Positions 14,359-25,904 of a stretch of 64,000 nt of DNA are shown piece by piece (position 1 is the stretch's first letter; every line of letters begins with the position of its first letter). The position numbers and the translations under genes were made by a program. The stretch comes from Octopus sinensis. Taxonomy: Eukaryota. Below the pieces are notes generated by a model. The model was not told the DNA's origin and did not search any database. It saw nothing but the letters and a program-made list of their open reading frames with translations. Location: contig NC_042998.1 in assembly GCF_006345805.1 (NCBI RefSeq), positions 38,936,001 through 39,000,000 of the forward strand, in the 5' to 3' direction.

Positions 14359-14404
<46 letters not shown>

Positions 14405-14405
<1 letters not shown>

Positions 14406-14631
14406 GACCTACTAAAATCTGAGCAAGTATAAAGATCTTGAAATAGAAATTGGCAAAATGTGGCACCGCAAGACTAAAACAATACCTGTTGTCATATGTG
14501 CCCTAGGGATCATAACAAAATGAGCTGATTGCTACCTAGCTCAGATACCAAGAAATCCAAAAATGGCAGAAATTCAAAAGATAGTGCCCATGGAAACTGC
14601 TCATATCCTACGTAAAATACTGTTTATGTGA
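14405..14631 (+). mobile_element. Dong/R4-clade LINE 3' coding fragment (second family)
   Basis: LSKYKDLEIEIGKMWHRKTKTIPVVICALG...IQKIVPMETAHILRKILFM*; starts right after (AAT)n 14360-14404. Confidence 0.85.
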
Positions 14632-14790
14632 TCCAGAAGACAGCATTGTTGGGTACAGTTCGCATTCTAAGGAGAGTATTGTCTCTTTGAGTCAATGGAG
14701 AAGGCACTACTTGAAACCTTTGGTGATTTGTTACTGCCTGATTTCAAGTAAAGAATAACCGGTAATTAAGAACTATCCGAGAATCTTTCA
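14631..14790 (+). mobile_element. Dong/R4-clade LINE extreme 3' end (third family) with 3'UTR
   Basis: IQKTALLGTVRILRRVLSL* (stop 14688-14690), ~100 bp UTR, then (TAA)n(CAA)n 14791-14846. Confidence 0.75.
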
Positions 14791-14812
14791 TAATAATAAT
14801 AATAATAATAAT

Positions 14813-14847
<35 letters not shown>

Positions 14848-15926
14848 GGAAGCCTGCTAGCCTATGGATTGTATCCCTAAACTCTTCAGACAAATATTTC
14901 TATTTACAAACAACTATATTTGAACTAATTTACACCAAATTGGATCCCATTGATATTCTGTTTAAAAGGATTTTATTAACCATTCAACAGCACTGTCTCG
15001 TTCAAAGCTTCGAGGGGGTTATCAGTTTTATTTACTCGTAGTGCAATAAATGAATGCAGCCGATTCGAAGTCGATACTTAATAAGTATCGATAAGATGCC
15101 GATCATTTGACGCTAACAATTTCCCACAAATGAAAATAGAAAATCACTTCCAATAAGATTAGAAAACACATTCACAAGCTTAATATCAGATGATTAATAT
15201 TCACATTAACACTATGTATTAGAACTTATCATTGTATTATATTACCTCAAGGAGCAACTTGTAACAATTTCTCAAGAATTTGCTAATTATTCTGAAGATC
15301 CTCTTCTCTCGCTCTGTGATTTTAAGTATTTTAAATCTACTCGTGGATTGTCAATGCTTACTAATTTTATATTGTCTACTTGCAAATTTACACCATTAAC
15401 TATATCTCACTCAAATGTTAAATTATCCGTTGTTTCTAAAAGAATAACACGATTTAAAGTTGTTTTCTCAAAATTTAATAGTTAACATCACTTCAAGAGA
15501 AGTCATCCTTAGACTTTCAAACGAACGCATTTTACTTTATGACGAACGAATCTTATGAGTTATGTATTTAAGACCTGATTGCGATTATGTGGTTAGTTTT
15601 CTAATGACAACCGCTAAGCAAGTCATGATTGCAATGCATTTTCCAAACCCAACAGAAACAAAAACAAAAGAAAACCAATCAGGGATATTCAACCCATTTT
15701 TCTCTCCATCCCTCATAATATAAGAAGACTCTTCCATCGGGCCAAATAGAAAGGAATATTCACTTTTTATCGTGAAGAGGTTGGTTTTATTGAATCACTT
15801 AGGCATTTAATAAGAACAAAGACGCCAACAGTTATGCAAATCTACTTATGAACGTCGGTGCCAAATTCTAAATGTTGAACTCTACAAGTTGGAATTTCAA
15901 TTCTCGGTCAATGCAAGTTATCGTTA

Positions 15927-17211
15927 CTGGGGTGCTAAAATGTTTCTGACTTTGGGTAAAAGAAAATACAGGCGGGTCAGTCAATTATGATTTTATTCAA
16001 CATATTCCCCTTTCAGATTCAAACACTTATTGCAGCGGTCCTTCAGTTTTTCTAAGCCCTGTAAAAAAACTCGGAAGGTTGGGCCCCCAACCTTTGTAAC
16101 AGCGATCACTTCCGAATCGGAGAGAAATTTCGTTCCTTTGAGATGTCTCTTCAGTTGTGGAAAGAGCTGTTAGTCGGAGGAGCCCATGTCGGGAGAGTAA
16201 GGTGGGTTGTCTACCAATTCGAAGCCAAAGTTGCGTATTTTCCATAGAGTTTCATGTGCTGTGTGCTGGTGCATTGTCGTCCTGCAAAAACAGAACACCA
16301 CAGCTCAGCTTTCTATGGCGTTTCTGCTTCAAGGCTACACACAGTTCGTCCAACAGAGACATGTGTTGATGGTGCGACCCTTTGGCAGGTATTTTATGAG
16401 GAGTGCTCCGTCTTTCTCCTAGAACACTGAAACCAGGAACTTTCCAGCTGACTTCTGGATTCGAAACTTCTTGGTGCACGGTGAACTGCTGTGGTGCGAT
16501 TCCATTGATTGCTACTTGGTTTGAAGATCATAATGATGACGCCAACTTTCATCCATGGTGACTAGACGAACCATAAAAATCAGTCTCGGCTGCTGCAAAC
16601 CGGTTCAAAATCGTTTCTCTTGATGTCTTCATTTTAATGTCATCACTCTGATGCGCTCCTGATCTGCGTTCAGATATTTCGGCATCCATTTTGCGGGAAA
16701 CATTCTCATGTCCCAAATGTTGTGAATGACGTGGCCAACTCTTTCGCGGGAAATCCACAGAGTCTCATCTATGACTTTAGTTCGAATCCGGCTGTCCTCG
16801 AGAATCATGACGTGTACGGCGTCGGCTTTGTCTCCTGTGGTCGCAGAAGTTGACCACCCTGACCGGGGTTCATCTGTGACCTAGAAATAACCAGTCTGAA
16901 AGTTTAGCATTCGGATTTTCGCTGCGGAGTAAGATGAGCAGTCATCCTTCAAGACTTCCTTCATCTCTCCATTGATTTCTTTTGCCTTACAAAAAGAGGA
17001 ACTTCATTACCATCTGTGCTTCAATTTTACCAAAATCCACTGTAGAAGCTGCCATCATGCGTTAAATCTGCATAAAAAAGAGGAAGATATACTGTATACC
17101 ATCATGAGTTTTTGCATATCTTCTAAATAGTTGTCCTACCTTTCCTGTAAGTTTAACACCTGTAATCTTTCGTTATACTCTCCAAGCTAGGAACTTTTCA
17201 GCACCCCTTGT
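15927..17211 (-). mobile_element. Mariner (DD34D) DNA transposon, full length but pseudogenised
   Basis: TIRs CTGGGGTGCTAAAATGTTTCTGACTT / AAGCTAGGAACTTTTCAGCACCCCTTG with TA on each side; ~1.29 kb. Motifs LVTMDESW, FLQDDNAPAHS, HPPYSPDMGSSD and C-terminal LEKLKDRCNKCLNLKGEYVE*. Confidence 0.93.
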
Positions 17212-17419
17212 TACTACCACTGTCAGAATCCACAGGCATTTTGAAATGAGAAGGCAGTTTCTTCGTAGTAACTATCCATATCAAATTTATATGCTAAATT
17301 TCCCTCGTATTCTGCCTTACATCCTCAAAATGAACACGTATAAGAATGTAATCTAGCTGACGGCATTCAAAGAAGAGATTAGTTTATTTTTGCTTAGCTT
17401 TGATAACAAAAAAACCCCA

Positions 17420-18740
17420 GCTCAACAATATATGGGATAACTGAAAGAGTATAGTATGTTCCGGATGCCATACAATTGGGAACAGCCTATTGGAGCGTAC
17501 AGTATCATCCTCAAATAGGCAAAAACGAATGCCGAGCGCGTGTGCTTGGTCAGTGTACATCGTACAAGCTTACTGTACAAACAGAAAACGTCACTGAAAT
17601 ATATTTCAGTGTGATGCAAAATACAAGTCGTGCTGCTAATATTTGCATTTTACTAAGTAGAAATAGAACAAAAGAAAAATAAGCAACAGACGAGAAATGA
17701 GAGATATCAGAGAAATAATTTGCAGTGACCAAAGTACATTATGTAATCCTAAGTAAAGAAGATGTCGAAAAGTGCAAGGAAGTACAGATGGTTTGCGCTG
17801 CACACGAATGCACATATGCACAAGCACGAATGCACAGTGACATCGTGCAAAGCAATTATACTTCAAAGAAACTTTAGCCCCACAAGGCCTTCTAAAATCC
17901 TTAATGGATACCCAAACTAACCGCGTTAAATAAAGGACATGAATTTGCGTGTTTAGTACAACATCAACCTCATTTGAACAAAAACAGGCAAAATGCTTGA
18001 AATAAAGGCATTCAAAATATCAACATGATACATTAATAATGATCACAGAGTACGCTACCAACTTCCACCAACATCACATGAGGACTTAAAACACCAGCTA
18101 CAATATCTTAACACACTCTGGAAGAGACATCCGAACACAATAAATCCTGGTAGAAAAACAGTACAGAAGATAGTAAAGCAGATTCGTCACTGCCTCAACT
18201 AAACTAGCCTTCAATCCTAAAATGCTGACAACACATCCAACGAATCCAAGTCCAATAATTCTCCAATACACTACTTTCTACTCGCGAAAACCAAGCTGCT
18301 GCAAACATTTGATTCTCATCGCCTAAGTTTCCATTGAACGACATCACCATTATCATCATCACAACGTTTCAATCAGTAAGGTGGGACGCTTTCCGCCAAA
18401 TAATCGAATGAATAGGGACCTTGGGGATAGGGTTCTCGCTGTTCTGTATGCACCTCCTCATGAATTATTACCGGTTTGACAGACATTAGTACACACCAGC
18501 AAATAATTTGCTTGTTGATTCCTATAAGCGAAAGTTAAATTCAGAAGTCGTGTTGATTGAGAATATGCACAATAAATTCGAAACCCCGCGGTGGCCGCTA
18601 ATATCAATGAATCGCACGCGTTATGAACGCACATCGTTGAAAGGGAGGAGGAGCGATCAGCATATTCATTTTCGAATCTGTTACAAAGTATCGAGAATGA
18701 ATTGATACGTTATTAGCAAAACTATAGTTTCTACAACACT
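17420..18740 (+). other. Unidentified decayed coding-like relic, possibly env-like ORF + PPT + LTR of an LTR retroelement
   Basis: One frame runs ~550 bp with scattered stops, including FAVTKVHYVILSKEDVEKCKEVQMVC. It is followed by a purine tract AAGGTGGGA (~18380) and a segment with AATAAA that ends TACAACA (~18738). Similarity is by eye only. Confidence 0.25.
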
Positions 18741-20398
18741 ACATCACCAATATAGATAAGGCATAGATACTCAACAAAACAATTACAGAACCTTTCAAAA
18801 GAAAATTGCATTTTGCAAAGCAACCAGGAAGTACAACCATAATTGCACAATTGAAATTTTCATCCGGCTAAAAGCTATAGAAAACAAGTGTTTCATAACG
18901 ATAACTATATAAACACTACAAAACATAGTATATGTCAAAATTACGTGAGTAAACAAAGAAAAGCAGGAAAGAAAACAAAAATAAATTAAGGAAAACCAGA
19001 AAACTAACCAGCGTTTGTATCGAGCTTCAGTCAGAAGAATCTCTAACAAGTAATTAGCAGCACCAACAGAACAAAGCAAAAGAGAATGAAGATCTTCTGA
19101 CAGATTCTTCATTCTCTCCTTTCCTTCAAATACATTCGGCGTAAAGCTTATTGTTGCCTACTAATACGGAGAAAAGCCATAGAATCTGTTTGCTCGACAA
19201 AACCATGCAACTGAATCAATTCACAGAGCCATTACTCTGCTACGAACGTATCCTAAAGAAAGACTTGCCTTCAATATGGCCGACCTAAATATCTCACATT
19301 CTAACTAACATGAGAATTTAGATTTCTGCCATCAATTGCACTGCCACTGACCTCAATGAATTTTTGGAGGCACCATTATTCTGCCTAGCTTAAAATAAAG
19401 TACGCTAAAAACATACGAAGAGCACGTATGTCTTTTAGTTTTTATATAAGTAACACGGCATAGTCACATGTGATGAAAAAAGAAACTTCATACACACAGC
19501 CTCTCCTATTAATTAATCGCATCGTTCGTGAGAGATCACAGCATAGCTAAGCATCCGCAGCCCTCTCTCCAGTGCATCACTAACTCGCTATTGGCCATTT
19601 CACAACGACAATAACAAGAAAAATGAGCGACATCCACAGATGATAAAAACGCTAAGAATTATCTCCAACTAGTCTATCGTTTTAAAGCACATATAAGTGA
19701 ACGCGGTTGCTCTACAGACTAAACATATCAAAGGAATCTCCTTCAAATTCCAAGAAATAAAATGAAAGGAGCGCAAGGGAATGTTTTCCTAGATAATCCT
19801 ATAAGGACAGGAAGATCCTAGTTGGAACGCTTTTAATCACACGTCTGCTCCATCAAATCTGACATTTATCCAAACAGCGACGGCACACATTGCAAATCGT
19901 ATAAAAAGACTCAGTATAACAGTAAAACAATGATATTTCGTAGATTGTATCAATGCCTGTCTGAGTATCCCAATCTCTCAACAAAAGTATTCCAACACAC
20001 AAAATAAAACCCTTTGTATAGGGACCCCACGCAGCGGCCATTTAAAGCAACTTCAAAACAAATGCTAAAAACCAAAGGATACATTATTTTACTGCAATAA
20101 CCCCTAAACAAGCTTCCGTTAATGACACGTTACGGGGAGATATTTAACGAGAGGTCGTTTGGTTTTGTTCGTGACAAAATTTGTACCCACAAATCTTTAA
20201 GCTTTTCTAAGCACTGAGGGCTACAGATTTTCTAAATTCCAGTCGATTTGCATGGCTTTTTCTTGATAAGCACTAATTTCAATGACTATTTTATTCGATA
20301 GTATCATCTACGTGCTTTCTGCTTCTGATTGTTTGAGAAATATACAAGGTTTTCCTGAAAATACAGGAAGATCTGTAATCGACTTACCTCTTACCCCC

Positions 20399-20530
20399 TT
20401 AATTTAGCGACTCTAAAAGGATGAAAGGCAAAGTCGACCGCGGCGGAATTTAAACTCAGAACCTAGCGACATGCGAAATAGCGCTAAGCATTTTGCTCGG
20501 TGTGCTAACGATTCTGCCAGCGCGCCGCCT
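20399..20530 (-). mobile_element. SINE family B (5' part)
   Basis: AAAGGATGAAAGGCAAAGTCGACCGCGGCGGAATTTAAACTCAG ... TCTGCCAGCGCGCCGCC abutting (TAA)n. Confidence 0.85.
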
Positions 20531-20532
20531 TC

Positions 20533-20580
<48 letters not shown>

Positions 20581-22650
20581 TTTTGAAGATGTCCAGCGAT
20601 CTCAAGATCCATGGATGCGAAGGCCTTCGACAGTATACCGCATCCATGGATCTTGAGATCGCTGGACATCTTCAAAATTTCCCCTGTGATTTCAAACTTC
20701 CTGAAGCACAATATGTCGTTGTGGAATACGAATCTCCAATTATACCACTCTAATGGAGTACTTGCCTCAGAAAATATAAACATCAACAGTGGAATTTTTC
20801 AAGGTGACTCACTTTCACCTTTAATATTCTGCATAGCCCTAATACCCCTTACAAGTGAATTAAACAGAACAGGGTATGGGGATAAAATTGCCAATAAAAA
20901 AATAAGCCATCTATTTTATATGGATGACTTAAAACTTTATGGTAAAGACAATAATGAACTTGAAGGCCTATTGCGCACCGTGAAAGCATTCAGCGATGAC
21001 ATCGGGATGGAGTTTGGACTTGAGAAGTGTGCCAAGGCCACTTTCCAGAAAGGGAAAGTGAAGACCACAAATTCAGTCGTGTTAGATGTTGACACAGTCA
21101 TAAGAGAGCTTGAGCAAGAACAAACATACAAATACTTAGGGATAAATGAAGGCTCTGGTATTCAGCATGCAAGCATGAAAGAGAAAATCAGGAAGGAATG
21201 CTATAGGAGAGTTCGTGCAGTCCTGAAATCTGAACTAAATGCACGTAACAAGGTGTTAGCTATAAATTCCTTAGCAGTTCCAGTTGTTACTTATAGCTAC
21301 AATGTGTTGAACTGGAATATGAGTGAAGTAAAGAATATAGATAGAAAAATACGCAAGCTGCTGAGTTGTAATAGGATGCACCACCCAAAGGCAGACGTAG
21401 ATCGCCTTTACCTTCCCAGAGCCCAAGGAGGTCGAGGCCTGATCCAATTTGAACTAGCTTACAAAACAACCACAATTGGACTGGCCAAATATCTCGAAAT
21501 ATCGAATGACTGGATGCTAAAGCTCGTGGAAAATCACGAGAGACGAAAGAAGCTTCATTCTATCATCAAGGAAAGCAAAAAATTTGCTATTGATCTCGTG
21601 CAGGATACCCAAACTGAACAACCCGAGGGAAGTACGGCAACTATTGTTGCTAAGAAGGTGAAAATGATGGCAATGAAAAAAGCGCACGAGCAATTGGCTG
21701 ATAGGTGGGAGGAGAAACCTCTGCACGGCAAATATGTGACCCGCAGCAAACAAGCTGATGTTGACCAGAAGCAAACCCATCAGTGGCTGCGGAGCTCAGG
21801 GCTAAAAGCAGAGAGCGAAGGTTTCATCCTGGCTGCTCAAGACCAAAGCCTATTAACCCGGAACTACCAGGCCAATGTGATGAAAAATGGAGCAGACCCA
21901 AAATGCCGATTCTGCAACGACATGATTGAAACAGTGGACCACCTAATCTCTGGATGTAAAGTCTTAGCACCAGTGGAGTATAAATTAAGACATGACAGAG
22001 TTGGCCAATATCTCCACTGGCTAATAAGTCGGCATTACAATATCAAAACTGCCGACAAGTGGTATAATCACCACCCTGAGGCTGTAACTGAAGGAGAAAA
22101 TGTAACCATTCTGTGGGACTTTCCAGTACATACAGATCGAACCATCAAGGCCAATAAACCAGATATTGTTGTGAAAGACCAAAACAATAAAGTTTGCTTA
22201 TTGATCGACATGAGCATCCCCTGTGATCATAATATCTCAGCGAAAGAGTTTGACAAGCTCAGAAAATATAAAGACCTACTCATTGAAATTGAGAAAATGT
22301 GGCATCTCAAGGCGGTTACAATACCAGTGATCGTAGGAGCACTAGGAATGATCAAGAAGGGAACCGAAAATTATATGAGAATGATCCCTGGCTTACCATC
22401 CCTGCAAGAAGTGCAAAAGATTGTCTTAACTGGTACATCACACGTATTGAGAAGAGCATTGTCGATGTGAGAACTGTTGCTGCTCATGTATTTTAATTTA
22501 ACTTTAAAAAAAAATTTTTTTAATTAAAATGAACGAACTACTGAGTTTGGTTTAATGGCCTACCAATATACACTATGAGTTTCTTTGCCCTAGGAGTCGG
22601 GAAGACACTCGGCAAGAAATGGAAGAAAATTTGAAAGAAGAAAATAAAAA
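20581..22650 (+). mobile_element. Dong/R4-clade non-LTR retrotransposon, 5'-truncated, inserted in (TAA)n
   Basis: (TAA)n at 20534-20580 and ~22652-22703 flanks a 619-codon open frame plus ~180 bp 3'UTR. Confidence 0.95.
20611..22470 (+). CDS. Reverse transcriptase (domain 3 onward) + CCHC + restriction-like endonuclease of a Dong/R4 LINE; N-terminally truncated
   Basis: KAFDSIPH, GIFQGDSLSP, LFYMDDLKL (catalytic DD), CRFC...ETVDHLISGC, KPDIVV...LIDMSIP...KLRKYKDL. The N-terminal MDA comes from a 5' inversion and is not a native start. Confidence 0.93.
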   Translation: MDAKAFDSIPHPWILRSLDIFKISPVISNFLKHNMSLWNTNLQLYHSNGVLASENININSGIFQGDSLSPLIFCIALIPLTSELNRTGYGDKIANKKISHLFYMDDLKLYGKDNNELEGLLRTVKAFSDDIGMEFGLEKCAKATFQKGKVKTTNSVVLDVDTVIRELEQEQTYKYLGINEGSGIQHASMKEKIRKECYRRVRAVLKSELNARNKVLAINSLAVPVVTYSYNVLNWNMSEVKNIDRKIRKLLSCNRMHHPKADVDRLYLPRAQGGRGLIQFELAYKTTTIGLAKYLEISNDWMLKLVENHERRKKLHSIIKESKKFAIDLVQDTQTEQPEGSTATIVAKKVKMMAMKKAHEQLADRWEEKPLHGKYVTRSKQADVDQKQTHQWLRSSGLKAESEGFILAAQDQSLLTRNYQANVMKNGADPKCRFCNDMIETVDHLISGCKVLAPVEYKLRHDRVGQYLHWLISRHYNIKTADKWYNHHPEAVTEGENVTILWDFPVHTDRTIKANKPDIVVKDQNNKVCLLIDMSIPCDHNISAKEFDKLRKYKDLLIEIEKMWHLKAVTIPVIVGALGMIKKGTENYMRMIPGLPSLQEVQKIVLTGTSHVLRRALSM

Positions 22651-22739
22651 GTAATAATAATAATAATAATATAATAATAATAATGATAATGATAATAATA
22701 ATGACTTGCCAGAATATGACCATCCTCATGTATAACAAT

Positions 22740-23460
22740 ATACAAAATTAGAATCTTTTCTATTATTTATAAGTTTTTTTTTCCGAAGTAAATCTCGTAA
22801 AATATAACATTAAAACGAAATTTTCTTCTTCTTTGCTAGTATTATAATCCCAATTTCCTGCTGCTGATGCTTCTGTCTTATATCATTTCCAAGCTCTCCA
22901 AGTTCCACATACATCCCTTCTCTCGCAATATTATGTTTCGGTTTTTCTGACAGTAATTATTTCCTTGATTACCCAGGATTCCGTCTACAAATATTTCAAC
23001 ATTTATTTTAGATTCAATTGTCTTCTCTTCAATATTCTACTGCAGCCAATCATAATCGCTCCCATAATTTAGATAATTCCTTAAGATTATTTCGTTTTTA
23101 TCTTGCATTTTTGGTTTTACAATTTCTGATCTTTTCTAAGCAAATCGGTTTAAAACCCTTGTAAATATTCCCATCCAAATCCCAACAAACTTTCGGGGTA
23201 ATTTTCATTATTTCTATTTGTTTTTCCTATTTTCTCCCCTTCATCGTCAATAACAGAGAACATTTTTTTATTTTTTTGCAAACAGGATTTTTCTATTTTA
23301 ATTTTCTCTTCCAACATCGTTCCTTTGCTGTTTTCGTAAGAAATTTATTAAATATTTCTATTTTCCTTTTACAAAATTTTCTAAATCCCTTTCTGCTTCA
23401 AAGATGTTGATACAGTGTCTTTTTTTTTTTTGTTCTATTTTCAATGTCCTCATACGTATT
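22740..23460 (-). mobile_element. Highly decayed LINE fragment, probably AP-endonuclease region (RTE-like)
   Basis: A-rich minus strand with frameshifted peptides loosely matching APE-domain motifs (TLYQHL, KEIITVRK); many stops. Confidence 0.3.
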
Positions 23461-23519
23461 TTTAATTTATGGATCCTCCTTCAAAAACGGGTTTTACGTA
23501 TTAAATTTCTACTGTTTCG

Positions 23520-23521
23520 TT

Positions 23522-23592
<71 letters not shown>

Positions 23593-23641
23593 CATAGATA
23601 GATAGATAGATACATAGGTAGGTAGGTAGGTAGGTAGGTAG

Positions 23642-23731
<90 letters not shown>

Positions 23732-23775
23732 GTAGGTAGATGATAGATAGATAGATAGATAGATAGACAGACAGA
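23520..23775 (+). repeat. (GATA)n/(GGTA)n compound microsatellite
   Basis: Direct read; explains ORFs 23509..23784 and 23520..23798. Confidence 0.97.
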
Positions 23776-24434
23776 TTGAAGCAAATACTCAAATACATGA
23801 AATCCTTATTGTTTGAAGCGGGAAGAACAGGTGATTGTGACTTTTATGCCATGTTTAGTGTTTAGTCGTAAACAATTCTAGGTCATTCTGTTTCCTGTTG
23901 TTTACTATTAATATTGATATTGCATTTTTTTTTGTCTCAGTAGCAATTATGCAACTCACTTCAAATCTAGTCATTAGATTTCATAGACTAATATCCAGCA
24001 TTACGAAAACAAACACTATTCCTAAACTCAGAATAAATAAAGAACCATTAGACATTCAAGTTATCCCTTCAACGCAGCGATTTATACCTAAAACGCATCA
24101 TATTGCAAGCGGCGACCGTCAATATTTTCTGACAATCGGTGAAGTATGAGTGGCACATAAAACCAACGGGTGTATATATTAAAACCATACAACACAAGAG
24201 AGTGTATATTAAAAATATGAATTGCTCTTTTCAACGGTAGATGATGGCATTGTCTTAAAACTGGCATGCTGCACAGAATCGCTACTTCCCCAAATTAATG
24301 TAGACTACTGAATGCGAACTTCTCACATTCAAATATCGAACATGTTCCAATGTTTTCATCCACAATGGTCAAAGAACAAAAAATATTTCTCTCTCTGTGA
24401 TTTACATTTCTCATGATTATATTTTGATATTCTA

Positions 24435-24670
24435 AGGCGGCGAGCTGGCAGAAACGTTAGCACGCCGGGCGGAATGTGTAGCTGTATTTCGTCTATCATT
24501 ACGTTCCGAGTTCAAATTCCGCCGAGGTCGACTTTGCCTTTCATCCTTTCGGGGTCGATAAATTAAGTACCAGTTACGCACTTGGGTCGATCTAATCGAC
24601 TTAATTCCTTTGTCTGTCCTTGTTTGTCCCCTCTGTTTTTAGCCCCTTGTGGGTAGTAAAGAAATAGATA
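24435..24670 (+). mobile_element. SINE family B, full length (TTTAGCCCCTTGTGGGTAGTAAAGAAATA tail)
   Basis: GGCGGCGAGCTGGCAGAAACGTTAGCACGCCGGGC ... GAGTTCAAATTCC (B box) ... tail. Confidence 0.92.
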
Positions 24671-25077
24671 TTTTGATATTTTATATTGTTTTATTGTTGT
24701 TGCTAATATTTTTTCCACTCGGTTCTGCCGGGTCAGTCATTGCAATTTTTCACTTTTAGATATTGCACAAGTAATCAATTTTATAGACGTAAGCCGTTGC
24801 TCTTACTATTTACTAAACCATAAAGCCATGATGCAATTTACTCTCAGGAGTAAAAAGTGTAGTTGTCGAAGTAAAATTCGTCAACTTTGCCCAGTTGGGG
24901 TTATGGCGTTTCAATGTTATACATGTTGTAACGATTAATGCATAACAAACACGGCTCTTCGCTGAGGAAATACCTGTAAAGATTATGGAATTTATTAAGT
25001 TATAATAACAAAAACTTAAGCCTACATATATATATGTGTGTGTGTATTTGTGCGTGTGTGTGTATGTATATAGATAG

Positions 25078-25114
<37 letters not shown>

Positions 25115-25320
25115 AATATACATGCATATATATACATATATATATGTGTGCGCGTGTATACTAGACTACCCGTTACCAGTTAGGCCACTGGGAAAGTCTG
25201 AGTTTCCCAGCAACGGAGTTTTGTTTCGTGGGTTTTTTCTTTTCCAGCTTATTTCGCATGCTTTCAACGAATGTGACATCGAAATCACGCGTAAACAGCT
25301 TCTTTCCTCGGAAATGGAAG

Positions 25321-25433
25321 GATTTGGCTGCTATTTCTTGCACGCCCTGCTACCACGTAACAGGTATTTCTGGTCCTTTACCATAAATAGCTGTTACATG
25401 GTAGCAACGCGTGCTAGAAATAGCAGCCAAATC
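25321..25433. other. Inverted repeat/hairpin, 48-bp arms, 17-nt spacer
   Basis: 25321-25368 vs reverse complement of 25386-25433: 43/48 identical. Confidence 0.9.
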
Positions 25434-25863
25434 TTTGGGGCTGAGGTACGCTGAAATCACTCGAAAAAATATTGTAATGGTATTTCCCTTGGAGCGATTT
25501 TTCGCTTTGACTCTCAGAACTGTCATTCGGTTCAGTTTGTTTTGTTCGTTAATTTCCGTAAACAGTTCTTTTATTTATTTACTTTTGTTTTAAAGTGAAA
25601 GAGAAGAGAAAGTGGAAGATGGATGAACGCGTATATGGAATGGACGTGTGTGTGTGTGAGAAAGAGAGAGAGAGAGAGAGAGCCACTTACACATACATGA
25701 GAACACACACTTCCACTCACTCATACTCTCTCTCTCTCTTTCCCTGTCTCCCACTCTCTCTTTCACATACACACATGCACACGTACATACAAAAAAGATG
25801 TACGCATATGTAATGATGTATGTACGTATACATGACAACACACCCCTTCACTCACTCTTTCTC

Positions 25864-25904
<41 letters not shown>

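Noticed and set aside
14340-14404. Regular short repeats considered as CRISPR or telomeric arrays
   Set aside because: Simple trinucleotide tracts with no repeat-spacer structure; no TTAGGG arrays seen; eukaryotic context.
20471-20786. Poly-I / poly-Y / poly-L ORFs
   Set aside because: (TAA)n tract read in different frames next to the Dong insertion.
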